Source: Candidatus Sigynarchaeum calidifontis
GTDB taxonomy: Archaea; Asgardarchaeota; Lokiarchaeia; Sigyniarchaeales; Sigyniarchaeaceae
DNA length: 45,689 nucleotides
Assembly: GCA_030587475.2 (NCBI GenBank)
Contig: JAUQYZ020000135.1
Span: 1-45,689, forward strand
Direction of reading: 5' to 3'
Below the pieces are notes generated by a model. The model did not search any database and was not told where the DNA came from. It saw only the letters and a program-made list of their open reading frames with translations. Positions within the stretch are counted from its first letter, which is position 1; every line of letters starts with the position of its first letter. A program made the translations under genes and the position numbers. Below, in pieces: positions 28,736-39,330 of the stretch.

Positions 28736-29869
28736 TCACGTGTTCTTGGGTATCATGAAAGAAAACGTCGATCCCTTGTCACGTCCCTCTGATTCGGCCC
28801 AGATCGTCCCGCCGTGGGCATCGATGATTTCCTTCGAGATGAACAACCCGACCCCTGTCCCATACGTCTCGATCTTTCCCTCCATCTGCTTCCGGTACAC
28901 GGATCCGAATTTCGTGAACAAGATTTTTTTTTCATCGTCGGTCAAGCCGACGCCGTTGTCGGTCACCGAGAATTTCACGTGGGTTTGCGTGGTATCCAGG
29001 GAGATGGTGATGTCTCCGTTGCGCAACGTGTACTTGATCGCGTTCGTTACCAGGTTGATGATCACTTCCTCGATGCGTAATGGATCGGCTCGCACGATAC
29101 ACGTGGGCGGGAGTTTCAAGTGGATATTATGGTTGTTTTCCTTGATCTTGTATTCCAATTCCGCGATGATCTCGTTAACCATCTTGACCAGATCCACCTC
29201 TTGCATGTCGAGCTCGATCCTCTTGAGCTCTGCCCGCGAGAAATCGAGGAGCTTCATAACAAGCCGCTGCAGCCGCTTGCTCCCGCGAGAAAGGATATCC
29301 ATGATGTTTTGCACGTTTCCCGCTGTTTTCGGGTCGATCATGGCCTCGAAGAGGTTTATTGCCCCTGTAATGTTGGTCACTGGCGTTTTAAGCTCGTGCG
29401 TCGCCTTGACGATGAAGGCTTGCCGGATCTCGTCTAGTTCCTTGAGCCGTTCATTTTCTTGCTTCAATAATTCCTCGTACTTGCGCTTTTCGGTCACGTC
29501 CTTGACATATTCGAGAACTCCGATGATATTGTTCGCTTTGTCAACTAATGGAAACGAGAACAGCTCCAACCAGCCTAATACCTTCCCGCCTGGCCCGTGA
29601 TACGGCACGATGTCGACTGCCGCTTCCTTTGTCTTCAAGGTTCGCGCGCTGGGGCACGGATTGCACACGACGTGCGTCCCGTGATAGGCCTCATAACATT
29701 TTTTCCCCGCGATTGGCATCATGTGGTGATACCATTTTTCCATTGTGGGATTAACTTTTACGATGTTCAATTCCTTGTCAAGAATGGAAATACCATCCTG
29801 GATGGAATTGAAAACCAACTGGTACAATTCGGGGTCATTTCCGAGATCTGGTTCCGTCGGCTTAGCCAT
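28736..29869 (-). CDS. Cytoplasmic PAS-domain sensor histidine kinase
   Basis: PAS with KCY...CNPCP; H-box THELKTP; N-box NLVTNAIKYT; DNGVG and GTGVGL. Confidence 0.93.
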   Translation of the reverse strand: MAKPTEPDLGNDPELYQLVFNSIQDGISILDKELNIVKVNPTMEKWYHHMMPIAGKKCYEAYHGTHVVCNPCPSARTLKTKEAAVDIVPYHGPGGKVLGWLELFSFPLVDKANNIIGVLEYVKDVTEKRKYEELLKQENERLKELDEIRQAFIVKATHELKTPVTNITGAINLFEAMIDPKTAGNVQNIMDILSRGSKRLQRLVMKLLDFSRAELKRIELDMQEVDLVKMVNEIIAELEYKIKENNHNIHLKLPPTCIVRADPLRIEEVIINLVTNAIKYTLRNGDITISLDTTQTHVKFSVTDNGVGLTDDEKKILFTKFGSVYRKQMEGKIETYGTGVGLFISKEIIDAHGGTIWAESEGRDKGSTFSFMIPKNT

Positions 29870-30007
29870 GATGGCCTCTCCACGAGGAAGAAATACCTAC
29901 AATATTTGATTGCAATCGTTCACTTAAAATGTTATAATCGCAAGCACGTCGTGGCTGGTCTTTACTCCCCCGATGGTGCTTCTTTGGTAGAAAAGGGCTG
30001 GGTCCTC

Positions 30008-30817
30008 ATGAAACTAGTAAAAAACCAATTGGCGAGGCTTCTCGAGGCAGCGAAGGTTTCATCCGACGACTTTTTCAAGGGACGGCTCGAAGCGGGGAAG
30101 CACGAGTTGACGGTGCAAGCATCCGAAGCGTTCCGAACAATGTTCCGCGCGTTGGACCCGTTCCGGTTCGGTTTATCGTGCGGACACTTCCACCGGGACG
30201 GGATGGCTTGTGCCTTCTGGTTCCTGAACGACTACGGGGCACGCGGGACGCCGGATGACGTGATGGACAGGATCACTGGCTCGCTCGCTGGTGTAGGTTT
30301 TTCCATAAGCAAGGCAGCATCGGACGAAAATGGGGTCATTCTCGATCGTATTCGGGGTACCTTGAAAGAGGCTTTCACCATCGAGCCTGTCGCGAGGTTC
30401 ACGGGCACGAAGGAGCATCGGGCGGGGGGTCACTTGTTACACGAGATCACGTTGCAAGAAAAATGCGCGCCCTTGACAGTTGGAGAAGTGATCGACTCGT
30501 GGCCCGCGCTGGAATGCTTCGACTTGCCATCCCCGTTCAAGGAATACTTGTACCCGCTCCCCGCGATCGAGGTGTCTAAGGGTGGAACTTGGACGCAGTA
30601 TTACGACTGGACCGCAAGAATCGCAGCGGAAAACCAGCAAGTGGAGCAATTATTCGGGGAATTGAAGCGATTGACCGAGAAAAACGGTTTCGTGCTTGAA
30701 AGTGATAACGAGGGAACATTGACTTATTTCCACGGCAAGAGGGATCCTCCCGTCGTTTTCCTTTCCATCGAGCCATCCGGACGGGGCATGCAGTTCCGCA
30801 TCCAGCCGCGAATGTGA
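30008..30817 (+). CDS. Hypothetical protein
   Basis: 3' part of track ORF 29597..30817, which otherwise overlaps the kinase gene antisense; ATG 30008 preferred; 13 bp before the next gene. Confidence 0.7.
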   Translation: MKLVKNQLARLLEAAKVSSDDFFKGRLEAGKHELTVQASEAFRTMFRALDPFRFGLSCGHFHRDGMACAFWFLNDYGARGTPDDVMDRITGSLAGVGFSISKAASDENGVILDRIRGTLKEAFTIEPVARFTGTKEHRAGGHLLHEITLQEKCAPLTVGEVIDSWPALECFDLPSPFKEYLYPLPAIEVSKGGTWTQYYDWTARIAAENQQVEQLFGELKRLTEKNGFVLESDNEGTLTYFHGKRDPPVVFLSIEPSGRGMQFRIQPRM

Positions 30818-30830
30818 TACTGGTGATGCC

Positions 30831-33254
30831 ATGAGCTGGATAACATCGCTTGTCAATTGGGTCGCGATTCCCGTCGTGGTTATTGTTATATTCGTGATCC
30901 TGGCGAGGATATTTTACCCCGATATCTTCCGGCGGTTCGTCGTCCCTCACTTCGAGGGAAGCTATGACCCCGCTGATGACGCGATCGAGAACCCTCCAGA
31001 ACTACCCGCTCAAGACGAAAAACCGTCACTGGTCATCGACCCGATAACCGGCGATTACCGGATCGATTTTGGTAATGGTCGCTCGCTCCAGCACGGCTCG
31101 ATCCGGCTACACGTGAAGGGCATCTGGTACTCTAATGTCGCTCCAGCTGGCGGGCCGAAGCTCGAGATCACGGGCCAAGAACGGGGCACCGTCCAAACGC
31201 GGCTCGGCCTGGCCGAAACCATCACGCTACACTGGCAAGCGAACGGCACCGGCATCAAGCTGGACACCATCTTCTATCGATATCCCGGCGCCGCGCACGT
31301 GGTCTTCGAGGCGCGTGTTCCCGGGGGCATTGACGAGCTGGCGTGCGGGTCGTACGGGGAACCGACGATCGCCTTCCCGTGCTTCGACAACGCGAGCCCG
31401 AACAAGCGCGTGCTATGTTACAAGAACCAGGTTTTTTCTCCCGCGCAGCGAGATTTTACCTTCATCACGTCGCCGGCATGCTTTTTTGACGACGACCGGA
31501 ACGCCTTCGTGATTTCTACCCTCGATCATTTCATCACGCATGGTATAAAAAAGGAAATCGCCAGCCAGGTCCAGCGCATCTCGTGCGGGCCGAATGGTGT
31601 CCTGGAAAAGGTACCCCCCGGCCACGCGTCCTCCTATTTGCTCGTATTTGGTCGCGGCATCAACGCGACCTTCATGCGCTGGGGCGAGTTGCTCCGCCAG
31701 CATCATGGATCTCCCGTGAAGGATCGTTACTGCGACATAATCACGTCGAAGCTCGGTTACTTCACGGATAACGGGGCTTATTATTATTACCGGCCGATCA
31801 AGCACCGGTTTGACACGACCTTGAAAGCGGTCAAATCATATGCGGACGCGGAACATTTACCATTCTCGTACTTCCATCTCGATTCGTGGTGGTACCCAAA
31901 GATCGTGAAATCGTGGAAGCGAACGATCGTCAATCTCCTGCATTTGCATCTGGGCGGCGGAATCTACGGTGGTGCACTCGCGTGGGAACCGGATCCATAT
32001 TATTTCTCTCCTGGCACGACGCTCGCCGGATTATCAAGAGAATTAGGCGGATTACCATTCACGGCTCACCACCGGTGGTATAGCGAGGCGACTCCCTACA
32101 AGGACAAGTTCAAGTTCATCGTCGAGAACCGCTGGGCGATGTCCATCGATCCGGCATACTGGGATTTCATCATGAATTTTGCAAAGGAGAGTAACATCGC
32201 CGTGTACGAGCAAGACTGGATGATCTCCCACGCGAACCACTTCAAGACGTTCAAGACGGAGCTCGGCTTCGGGGAAACGTGGCTGCGGGAGATGGCGACC
32301 GCGGCTGCGAGGCATGGCATCACGATACAATATTGCATGTCGCCACCATCCATGTGGATGACCGCCATCAAGTATGGCAACGTCACGAACGTGCGCGGAT
32401 CCAACGATTACCACCCGGACTGGCCGCACGTGTACGACATGCCGTTCCTCACCCAATCATCAATTCTGGCTCGTGCGTTGAACTTGTGGCCGTTTAAAGA
32501 CGTGTTTTTCACGACAAAGCGTGGCATCATGTGGGGCGAGCGTTGTCCCGAGCTGGAAGCCATCCTTTCCGCCCTCAGCGCGGGGCCGGTCGCGCCTGGC
32601 GACCCGATCGGGCACGTTGACAAGCGGCTCATCCACGGTTGTTGCAGGTCGGATGGTTTGTTACTTAAACCTGATCGACCGCTCACGGCCGCGGACGTCA
32701 TGTTCACGAAACATGCCAAGTATTACATCTGCACGACCGAGAGCACCATCGGCGGGATGGTCTGGCACTACGTGTTGGCCGCGAACTTGTGGCCCCGGCG
32801 GGTGCATGACCGGACATACACGCTCGCGGAGCTGGACATCCACGGCGAATACATCGAGTACGAGTTCAGCAAGCGCATGGCAAGGCGCGTCAATGACAAG
32901 GAAAAAATCGAGCTTTCCTTGAAATACGAGCAGCACAGCCTTCGCGTCTACGCGCCCGTCTTGGAAAACGGCTGGGCAGTCATCGGCGACGCGGGCCGGT
33001 ATGCAATGATGAACGACAAGACATTCTCTGGTATCAAGGCGATCGGAAGCCTCGGCGTCGCGGTCACCATCACGAGTATCGCGAGCGACAAGGTCGATGT
33101 CGTGGTTTACTGCCCGATACCTCCAAGGTCGGTAAGGTTAGACGGTCGCGAGATCTTGACCACCGAGTCCAATTACGATGCCGCCAGATCGTTGCTGTTC
33201 GTGCCGGTCATGGCCAACTCGAGCCGGGCAATGAAGCTGGAAGTGAGCGCGTGA
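30831..33254 (+). CDS. Membrane-anchored putative glycoside hydrolase (clan GH-D / raffinose-synthase-like TIM barrel)
   Basis: N-terminal TM; TDNGAYYYY, YFHLDSWWY, YEQDW, RGSNDY, LSAGPVAPGD, CRSDGLLLKPDRP (the last two resemble Sip1/GH36 C-terminal motifs). Confidence 0.65.
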   Translation: MSWITSLVNWVAIPVVVIVIFVILARIFYPDIFRRFVVPHFEGSYDPADDAIENPPELPAQDEKPSLVIDPITGDYRIDFGNGRSLQHGSIRLHVKGIWYSNVAPAGGPKLEITGQERGTVQTRLGLAETITLHWQANGTGIKLDTIFYRYPGAAHVVFEARVPGGIDELACGSYGEPTIAFPCFDNASPNKRVLCYKNQVFSPAQRDFTFITSPACFFDDDRNAFVISTLDHFITHGIKKEIASQVQRISCGPNGVLEKVPPGHASSYLLVFGRGINATFMRWGELLRQHHGSPVKDRYCDIITSKLGYFTDNGAYYYYRPIKHRFDTTLKAVKSYADAEHLPFSYFHLDSWWYPKIVKSWKRTIVNLLHLHLGGGIYGGALAWEPDPYYFSPGTTLAGLSRELGGLPFTAHHRWYSEATPYKDKFKFIVENRWAMSIDPAYWDFIMNFAKESNIAVYEQDWMISHANHFKTFKTELGFGETWLREMATAAARHGITIQYCMSPPSMWMTAIKYGNVTNVRGSNDYHPDWPHVYDMPFLTQSSILARALNLWPFKDVFFTTKRGIMWGERCPELEAILSALSAGPVAPGDPIGHVDKRLIHGCCRSDGLLLKPDRPLTAADVMFTKHAKYYICTTESTIGGMVWHYVLAANLWPRRVHDRTYTLAELDIHGEYIEYEFSKRMARRVNDKEKIELSLKYEQHSLRVYAPVLENGWAVIGDAGRYAMMNDKTFSGIKAIGSLGVAVTITSIASDKVDVVVYCPIPPRSVRLDGREILTTESNYDAARSLLFVPVMANSSRAMKLEVSA

Positions 33255-33281
33255 GCCTTGCAGCCTCGCCACTTTATCTTT

Positions 33282-34055
33282 TCAAGTTGAATAGTGGCTC
33301 CAGATGATTCGTGCCACCGTTTCTCCCATGACCTGATCGCCAGCCATGGTAAAATGTACCCCGTCTGCATAGCACAAGCCGTCGATCATGTACCCGTCGC
33401 TGGTACTCATTGCATCGTGCACGTCGCAGAACAAGATGCCAGGGTTGTTCAATCCTTCCACGTACGATCGCAATTCGGCGTTCACGTACTTGATCGTGTT
33501 GATTATGTGGGGGTCGTAATACACCGGCGGGGTGACTTTTCCGAAGGGGGGAATCGAACAAATGACGAACACGGGCGCGGCATAGCCAAGACTTTGCTGG
33601 TATGCGATGGTATTGAAGATCGTGTCGTTGTATTTCCCGATGATGCGGTTGGCAAGCGTGTCGTTGATACCGGGCGCAGAATAATCTGCCCGCCAGATAT
33701 CGTTGGTTCCGCCCATGCAAACCGTGTAATTTGCAGGAATGGTCGAGTTCAAGCGGCCCCAGATCTGGCTTATGCTCTGGCCGCTAATGCCGAGATTGCG
33801 AACGAGCGCGTTCAAGTTATGGTTTTTTAGATATTTATACGTGTAATATTGATAACAATCACGTATCTCGGCGCCACATCTCACTTCGGTTCCATAGTGG
33901 CCAGCATCGGTCAAGCTATCGCCGATGGTGCTGATCGTGAGGTCAATCGGCGCGTTCTTGCACTGGTAATCGTTGTATAGAAAGTACGCGCTGGCGACGA
34001 GGTTCGCTGCTATCAACGACAGGATCGCGAGCATTGTGGTTTTTCTCGATATCAT
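33282..34055 (-). CDS. SGNH/GDSL hydrolase with N-terminal anchor
   Basis: GDSLT, NLGISG, GGTND, DGVH. Confidence 0.92.
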   Translation of the reverse strand: MISRKTTMLAILSLIAANLVASAYFLYNDYQCKNAPIDLTISTIGDSLTDAGHYGTEVRCGAEIRDCYQYYTYKYLKNHNLNALVRNLGISGQSISQIWGRLNSTIPANYTVCMGGTNDIWRADYSAPGINDTLANRIIGKYNDTIFNTIAYQQSLGYAAPVFVICSIPPFGKVTPPVYYDPHIINTIKYVNAELRSYVEGLNNPGILFCDVHDAMSTSDGYMIDGLCYADGVHFTMAGDQVMGETVARIIWSHYST

Positions 34056-34089
34056 TGCATGTTCGTCTCTTTGCCATGGCTCCTCGCGT

Positions 34090-35676
34090 TCACACTCCTA
34101 GATTCCACTGGATGATTTTTTCCAAGATCTCCAGCGTGCCTTCCGTCTCGGGCTTCGCGGCGACGTAATCGCAGTGCTCGCGGAGGAACCGGCTCGCGTT
34201 CGACGGGCACGCGGTGAACCCGCAGCGCTGCATGTATGTCCAATCACCATCGCTATCTCCTATTCCGACGATGTTCTCGAACTTGATATCCTGCAGCATA
34301 TCCACGAGCATCGCGGCCCCCGTGCCCTTGTCGATACCCGGCACGCCGACGTTGAAGAAATTCGGCCCTTCCTCGATGTCGAAATTGAAATGATTCTCAT
34401 CGATAAAATTTTTCATGTCCTCGAGGCAATTGTTGAATTCCTGGGATCCCATCTCGAACTGGAACGAAACAGTATATTTTTTCCCGGCTTGAAGATGAGA
34501 ATGGTATTGGGGATACTTGCGGATGAAATCCGTGGTGAGCTTGGCTATTTGGTCAATGATCTCCGGCGTGATGCGGGGATCGACTCTCTCGTGGACAAAA
34601 GGGCCATCGATGGACACGATAGCAGCGCCCCGCTCGATGATGTGGTATTTCGGGATATCGAGCAACTGGGCATATAAAATGCAATAATTGAGGTCCCAGC
34701 CAGTGTTAAGAAAGATCTTCGGGATGGCGTCGTCCTTTTCCGATCTCGTGACAAGATCTTTGATCTTCGAGATCTGGCCAAGGTCGAGGGCTTTTCCAAA
34801 GACTGCGGAATCGATCGTCCCATTGATGTCCGTGATGACCGCCTTGATGGGATGACGGGGGCATTTTTGGCTTGCTTCTCGTTGCTTGATAGCATGGCGG
34901 TTGCGTTCGATGATGTACTGCAATATCTCGAGCGTTCCCCTCGCCTCGGGCCCACATGCGACATAATTGCAATGTTCCTTCAAGAAATCACTGCCATTCG
35001 CGGGACATGCGCTGAATGCGCACGATCGAAGGAATTCCCAATCCCCCGTGGAATCGCCGATGCCCGCGATGTTCTCGTGATTTAATTCGGTATTGTTCTG
35101 GAGCAGCAGATCAAGCCCCGCGCCCTTGTTCACGTTGGGAAAAGTGATGTTGATGAAGTTATGTCCCTCGTCGACCGCGAAGCTGTGCGTGTTGCCAATA
35201 TAATTCTTTAAATCTGCGGCACAGCGGGATTTTACTGGATCGCCCTCGGTAAAGAGAAAGGTGACCATGTATCGCTTCCCGTATTGGAGATATCGGCGAT
35301 ATTGCGGATGCTTGTCAAGAAAGCCAGTTTGCAGCGAATCGAATTGCTTTAGCGTGTCGTTGGTGATGCTCGGATGGAATTTGTAATTGATTTGTGCACC
35401 ATGGATGGACACGAGTGCAGCGCCCGCTTCGATGATGAAATAGTGAAATGCATCGATGGCCTTCGCCATCAGCTCCGTGTGGTTCAAGTCGCGCCCCGTG
35501 TTCAGCACGATCATGGGTATCGCGGGGTCCCTCATGTAATTCTTGCTGATCTCGCTTATCTGGCGTAAGCTTTCGAGGTCGAGCGGCTGGCCGAATATCT
35601 TGCTCGTCAAACAGCCGTCTATGTCAATGATTACTGCCTTGATGAGTCGCGTGGATGTGGGCACGATCAGTTTCAT
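34090..35676 (-). CDS. Tandem two-domain HAD (Cof/phosphoglycolate-phosphatase-like) hydrolase
   Basis: Domain 1 DIDG..NTGR..NKGAG..GIGDSTGD; domain 2 DING..NTGW..DKGTG..GIGDSDGD. Confidence 0.88.
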   Translation of the reverse strand: MKLIVPTSTRLIKAVIIDIDGCLTSKIFGQPLDLESLRQISEISKNYMRDPAIPMIVLNTGRDLNHTELMAKAIDAFHYFIIEAGAALVSIHGAQINYKFHPSITNDTLKQFDSLQTGFLDKHPQYRRYLQYGKRYMVTFLFTEGDPVKSRCAADLKNYIGNTHSFAVDEGHNFINITFPNVNKGAGLDLLLQNNTELNHENIAGIGDSTGDWEFLRSCAFSACPANGSDFLKEHCNYVACGPEARGTLEILQYIIERNRHAIKQREASQKCPRHPIKAVITDINGTIDSAVFGKALDLGQISKIKDLVTRSEKDDAIPKIFLNTGWDLNYCILYAQLLDIPKYHIIERGAAIVSIDGPFVHERVDPRITPEIIDQIAKLTTDFIRKYPQYHSHLQAGKKYTVSFQFEMGSQEFNNCLEDMKNFIDENHFNFDIEEGPNFFNVGVPGIDKGTGAAMLVDMLQDIKFENIVGIGDSDGDWTYMQRCGFTACPSNASRFLREHCDYVAAKPETEGTLEILEKIIQWNLGV

Positions 35677-35729
35677 TGGTGGCGCCGTGATAATTAATCC
35701 ATCGGTACTTGCCGTCGTGGATGGGTCAC

Positions 35730-37115
35730 ATGGATTACGAGACTTTCTTCGGAAAAGGGCGCAAGATCGCCAAGGTCGAGGCCCCGGGACGGCTCGACGT
35801 CATGGGTGGCATTGCCGACTACTCGGGTTCACTTGTCCTGGAGATGCCGGTCGACCGGTGCACGACCGCGAGCATCGCCCTTCGCCAGGACGACACTTTG
35901 CGGGTACACAGCACGAACGCAGCTGACATGGGCAAGGTGGACACGGTAACTGTCAGGTTCGAAGAATTTATCGATATTGATAGCCAGGTTAACTACAAGC
36001 TCGTCCGGAGCAAGCTCGCGCGTGTTCCAGGCTCCGATTGGGCCGCGTACGTGATCGGTTGCTTGCTCGTGCTTGTAAAGGAGAAGGGCGTGCGGGCGCG
36101 TGGCATGGACGCGTGGATCGATTCCGGTCTCCCGCCGGGCAGGGGCGTGTCGGCATCGGCGGCGTTGGAGGTTTCCACGATGGCAGCCTTGTGTCGTGCC
36201 ATAGGCATCGAGCTGGGCAAGACGGAGCTGCCGATCTTGTGCCAGAAAGTTGAAAACCTCGTAGTGGGCGCGCCTTGTGGCTTGATGGACCAGCTCACGT
36301 CGTACCTCGGCGAGAAGAACCGGTTGTTGCCCATCCTCTGCCAACCGGCGGATGTCCAGGCATCGATCCCGATCCCGGAAGGTGTACACTTCATCGGCGT
36401 CGATTCGGGTGCCGAGCATTCCATCGGGGGGTCTGCCTACACGAACGTGCGCGTCGCGGCGTTCATGGGGTACACGATCATCGCCCGGGCGGAGGGCGTC
36501 GATCCGGCGAGCCTCGAATCGGCCCGGATCGCCCCCGATCGCTCGAAATTGCCCTTCCGCGGCTACCTCGCGAACGTTCCCGTGCCTTTATTCGAGAAGC
36601 GGTTTGACGGTTTATTGCCTGCCATGATAACTGGCAAGGAATTCATCTCACGGTTCGGTTGCACCATAGACCCCGTGACCGAGATCCAACCCGACGTGGA
36701 ATACGCGGTCAGGGTGTGCACCCGGCATCCCGTCATGGAGAGCGCTCGGGTCGCGACATTCGCCCGGATCATCTCGGAGCTGAACGCTAATACACGCGTT
36801 TCCAAAAGTGAACGGATTGCAGCGCTGGAGCGGCTCGGCGACCTCATGGTGCAATCACACCGGAGCTATGGCGCGTGCGGGCTGGGGCACCCGGCCACGG
36901 ATGCCATCGTGGATGCCGTGCTGGACGCCGGCACCGCGAAGGGCGTGTTTGGCGCGAAAATCACGGGCGGGGGCAGCGGGGGCACGGTCTGCATCTTGTG
37001 CGACGGGAACGAGGGCCTGCAAACGGCGAAAGGGATCGCCCGCGCGCACTGGGCTGCCAAGAAAAAAGAACCGGTTATGTTCATCGGAAGCAGAAATGGG
37101 GCATTATTCGCCTAA
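35730..37115 (+). CDS. GHMP sugar kinase, L-arabinokinase-like (galactokinase family)
   Basis: APGRLDVMGGIADYSGSLVL, PPGRGVSASAA, VENLVVGAPCGLMDQ, GAKITGGGSGG; start at 35709, 35721 or 35730. Confidence 0.88.
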   Translation: MDYETFFGKGRKIAKVEAPGRLDVMGGIADYSGSLVLEMPVDRCTTASIALRQDDTLRVHSTNAADMGKVDTVTVRFEEFIDIDSQVNYKLVRSKLARVPGSDWAAYVIGCLLVLVKEKGVRARGMDAWIDSGLPPGRGVSASAALEVSTMAALCRAIGIELGKTELPILCQKVENLVVGAPCGLMDQLTSYLGEKNRLLPILCQPADVQASIPIPEGVHFIGVDSGAEHSIGGSAYTNVRVAAFMGYTIIARAEGVDPASLESARIAPDRSKLPFRGYLANVPVPLFEKRFDGLLPAMITGKEFISRFGCTIDPVTEIQPDVEYAVRVCTRHPVMESARVATFARIISELNANTRVSKSERIAALERLGDLMVQSHRSYGACGLGHPATDAIVDAVLDAGTAKGVFGAKITGGGSGGTVCILCDGNEGLQTAKGIARAHWAAKKKEPVMFIGSRNGALFA

Positions 37116-37235
37116 ACAATCGATCTCATCTTTATGGATATTTCTCGTGGATAACAGACAAGGAATTCGGTCTTTGAATTAGTCATCCAATTATTTTCTA
37201 TTTTTTTTTAAAAACCAAGAGTCTCCTATCATATT

Positions 37236-39167
37236 ATGGACATCAATCATCGATTGTTCAAGCACGTGCAGCTGGTGAACATGGCCGTGTTCGGTGCCAT
37301 CGGTGCCCAGCTGATGCTCGTGCCGCTCGTCTTCGGCATGGTTTCCCTTGACTATTTTCCTCTCGGCGGCATTTCTTTCGCGATCGTCGCCGCGTCGTGG
37401 CTGGGCTACCACTATCACTTCAACCCGTTCGCCCGGTCGATACTGCTCGCGTTGAATTTCCTTTGCGTGCTGCTTTGCATGTTGTGGCTCGTCGAGTTCT
37501 CGGGTCCGTGGGACCGGATGATCCAAGTCGTGCTGCTGTCACTCGCCGGGGTGAATATATTCGGGGTGATCATAAACATCGTGAGCGGCATACAAGCGCA
37601 CCGGGAAGTAAAAGCGTCTATTAGCCGGCGGGATTGGGGAACGCGCCATCGGGTATTGGGGCTGGTCATCACGGGCGTGTTTGCCGCGTTGGCCGCGTTC
37701 GCCACGCTCGCGACGTTCGATTTCTTCCAGACGTACACGATCCAGGCGCCGCCGGGTGCGACGACCCGGTCGTCGTTCTGGGGATCCCCGCATTACAACA
37801 AGACCCTCGTGAGCGCTGGCATTACCCCGACCAGCAACACCCGCATCGATGTCTCGAATTCCACGTTGATCGGTTCGACGCCACCGAACCTCCGGCCGGG
37901 CGCGTTCATGTACGTCGAGAGCGTGACACACGCATCCACGGGATCTTTAAATTATTGCAATTACTCGGCGGGGGCCTGGTCTTTCCCGAACGGCACGGTG
38001 TTCCTTTCCCAAGCATTACCAAATCTAACAAGCGTGAACATCTCGTTTTACTACATGCAAAATGTTCGGGTACTGGAATACCTCGTCCAGACGAACAGCC
38101 GCATCATCACGACGAACTGGGGTGACAACCAGTCGTGGATCGAATCGCCGAACCTGTTCCACGCCATTTCCATGACCCACGAGTACCTGCTGCTCGAATA
38201 CTGGCACATATCATATTACATCAACATCGGCGTCGTCGGGCTCTCCTTCCCCCACATCTTCAACTACAAGGCCTTCACTGCCCGGGGCCTCGCGACGCTG
38301 CAATGGGTCAATGCAACGAAACCCCATCTCGACCACTGCATCGGCATCTCCTACGACTTCGAGAAGGGGAGCGCGGCCGAGATCGTCGGGACTGCCAACA
38401 ATCCAGATCGTCCCGATATGGGCGAGAACCCGTTCCCGGGCCTGGTTGGAGACAAGGGCTGGTACGAGAGCAACGAGCAGAACGACGAGATCCTGAACGC
38501 TGCGAGGGCTACATTCTTTAACGTGTATGACTACGCCGCGAGTGTGGGGATGGGCGTCTACGTGGTCTACCAGTATTCCGGGATGGCCGATTATGGCGAG
38601 GGTGACATCGACATAACACGATTGCCCCTCTGGCGGCATCCCGCGTGTTTGTATGGAATGATGTCTTACCAAGACGGCTTGAAAAACGACAAGGCGTTGT
38701 GGCAAATATACAAGAACGTGCACAACCAGCGGGCAGTATATGGCGATCTTGGCACGAGCATCTTGACCGGCTGGATCGAGGATGATCCGAGCTCCGTCTA
38801 TTCGCAAATATACACGAACGACGAGGCAGGATTCCAGCGGTACATCCGTGACATCAAAGCACACCAGGCTTGCGGTATCACCGAGATCTTCCATGCATGG
38901 CTCCACGACCTCCAGTTGAAGTGGGGCGAGGATGCCATCTTGCGCGTGCACGATGCACTGAACGTGGACCCAAAGGAAACGTTCACCTTCCGCGCGGAGC
39001 CGTGGAGCGATTTCGATACCGAGCTCAACGACATCGTCGAAAACTTTAACAAGCCCTGGATGGGCATCATGATGCTTTCGGTTGTTGCTTGTATCTTGGC
39101 TTTCGCGCTCGTCGACATCGAAACATCACGATCGAGAAAAGGCACTATCGCGTCGATCACCAAATAA
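37236..39167 (+). CDS. Hypothetical multi-pass membrane protein with large extracytoplasmic domain and C-terminal TM
   Basis: ~5 N-terminal TMs, N-x-S/T-rich region, GISYDFE strand suggestive of a TIM barrel, C-terminal TM plus basic tail. Confidence 0.75.
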   Translation: MDINHRLFKHVQLVNMAVFGAIGAQLMLVPLVFGMVSLDYFPLGGISFAIVAASWLGYHYHFNPFARSILLALNFLCVLLCMLWLVEFSGPWDRMIQVVLLSLAGVNIFGVIINIVSGIQAHREVKASISRRDWGTRHRVLGLVITGVFAALAAFATLATFDFFQTYTIQAPPGATTRSSFWGSPHYNKTLVSAGITPTSNTRIDVSNSTLIGSTPPNLRPGAFMYVESVTHASTGSLNYCNYSAGAWSFPNGTVFLSQALPNLTSVNISFYYMQNVRVLEYLVQTNSRIITTNWGDNQSWIESPNLFHAISMTHEYLLLEYWHISYYINIGVVGLSFPHIFNYKAFTARGLATLQWVNATKPHLDHCIGISYDFEKGSAAEIVGTANNPDRPDMGENPFPGLVGDKGWYESNEQNDEILNAARATFFNVYDYAASVGMGVYVVYQYSGMADYGEGDIDITRLPLWRHPACLYGMMSYQDGLKNDKALWQIYKNVHNQRAVYGDLGTSILTGWIEDDPSSVYSQIYTNDEAGFQRYIRDIKAHQACGITEIFHAWLHDLQLKWGEDAILRVHDALNVDPKETFTFRAEPWSDFDTELNDIVENFNKPWMGIMMLSVVACILAFALVDIETSRSRKGTIASITK

Positions 39168-39330
39168 AAAACTTCGTTGTGCATTGCATTACTATATAGT
39201 GAATCATAGAACCTTTTTTTCTCCAAGGAATATGCCGGGAAGGCATAAATACCCAGATCCTATCGTTTACCACAAAATAGCGAGCGAATCGTTTAGCAAA
39301 CGACTCATCGTTTTTCGCGAGGTCATCATC

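Noticed and set aside
29597-30007. N-terminal extension of the 406-aa track ORF
   Set aside because: Overlaps the histidine kinase antisense and the AT-rich divergent promoter; ATG 30008 is more plausible
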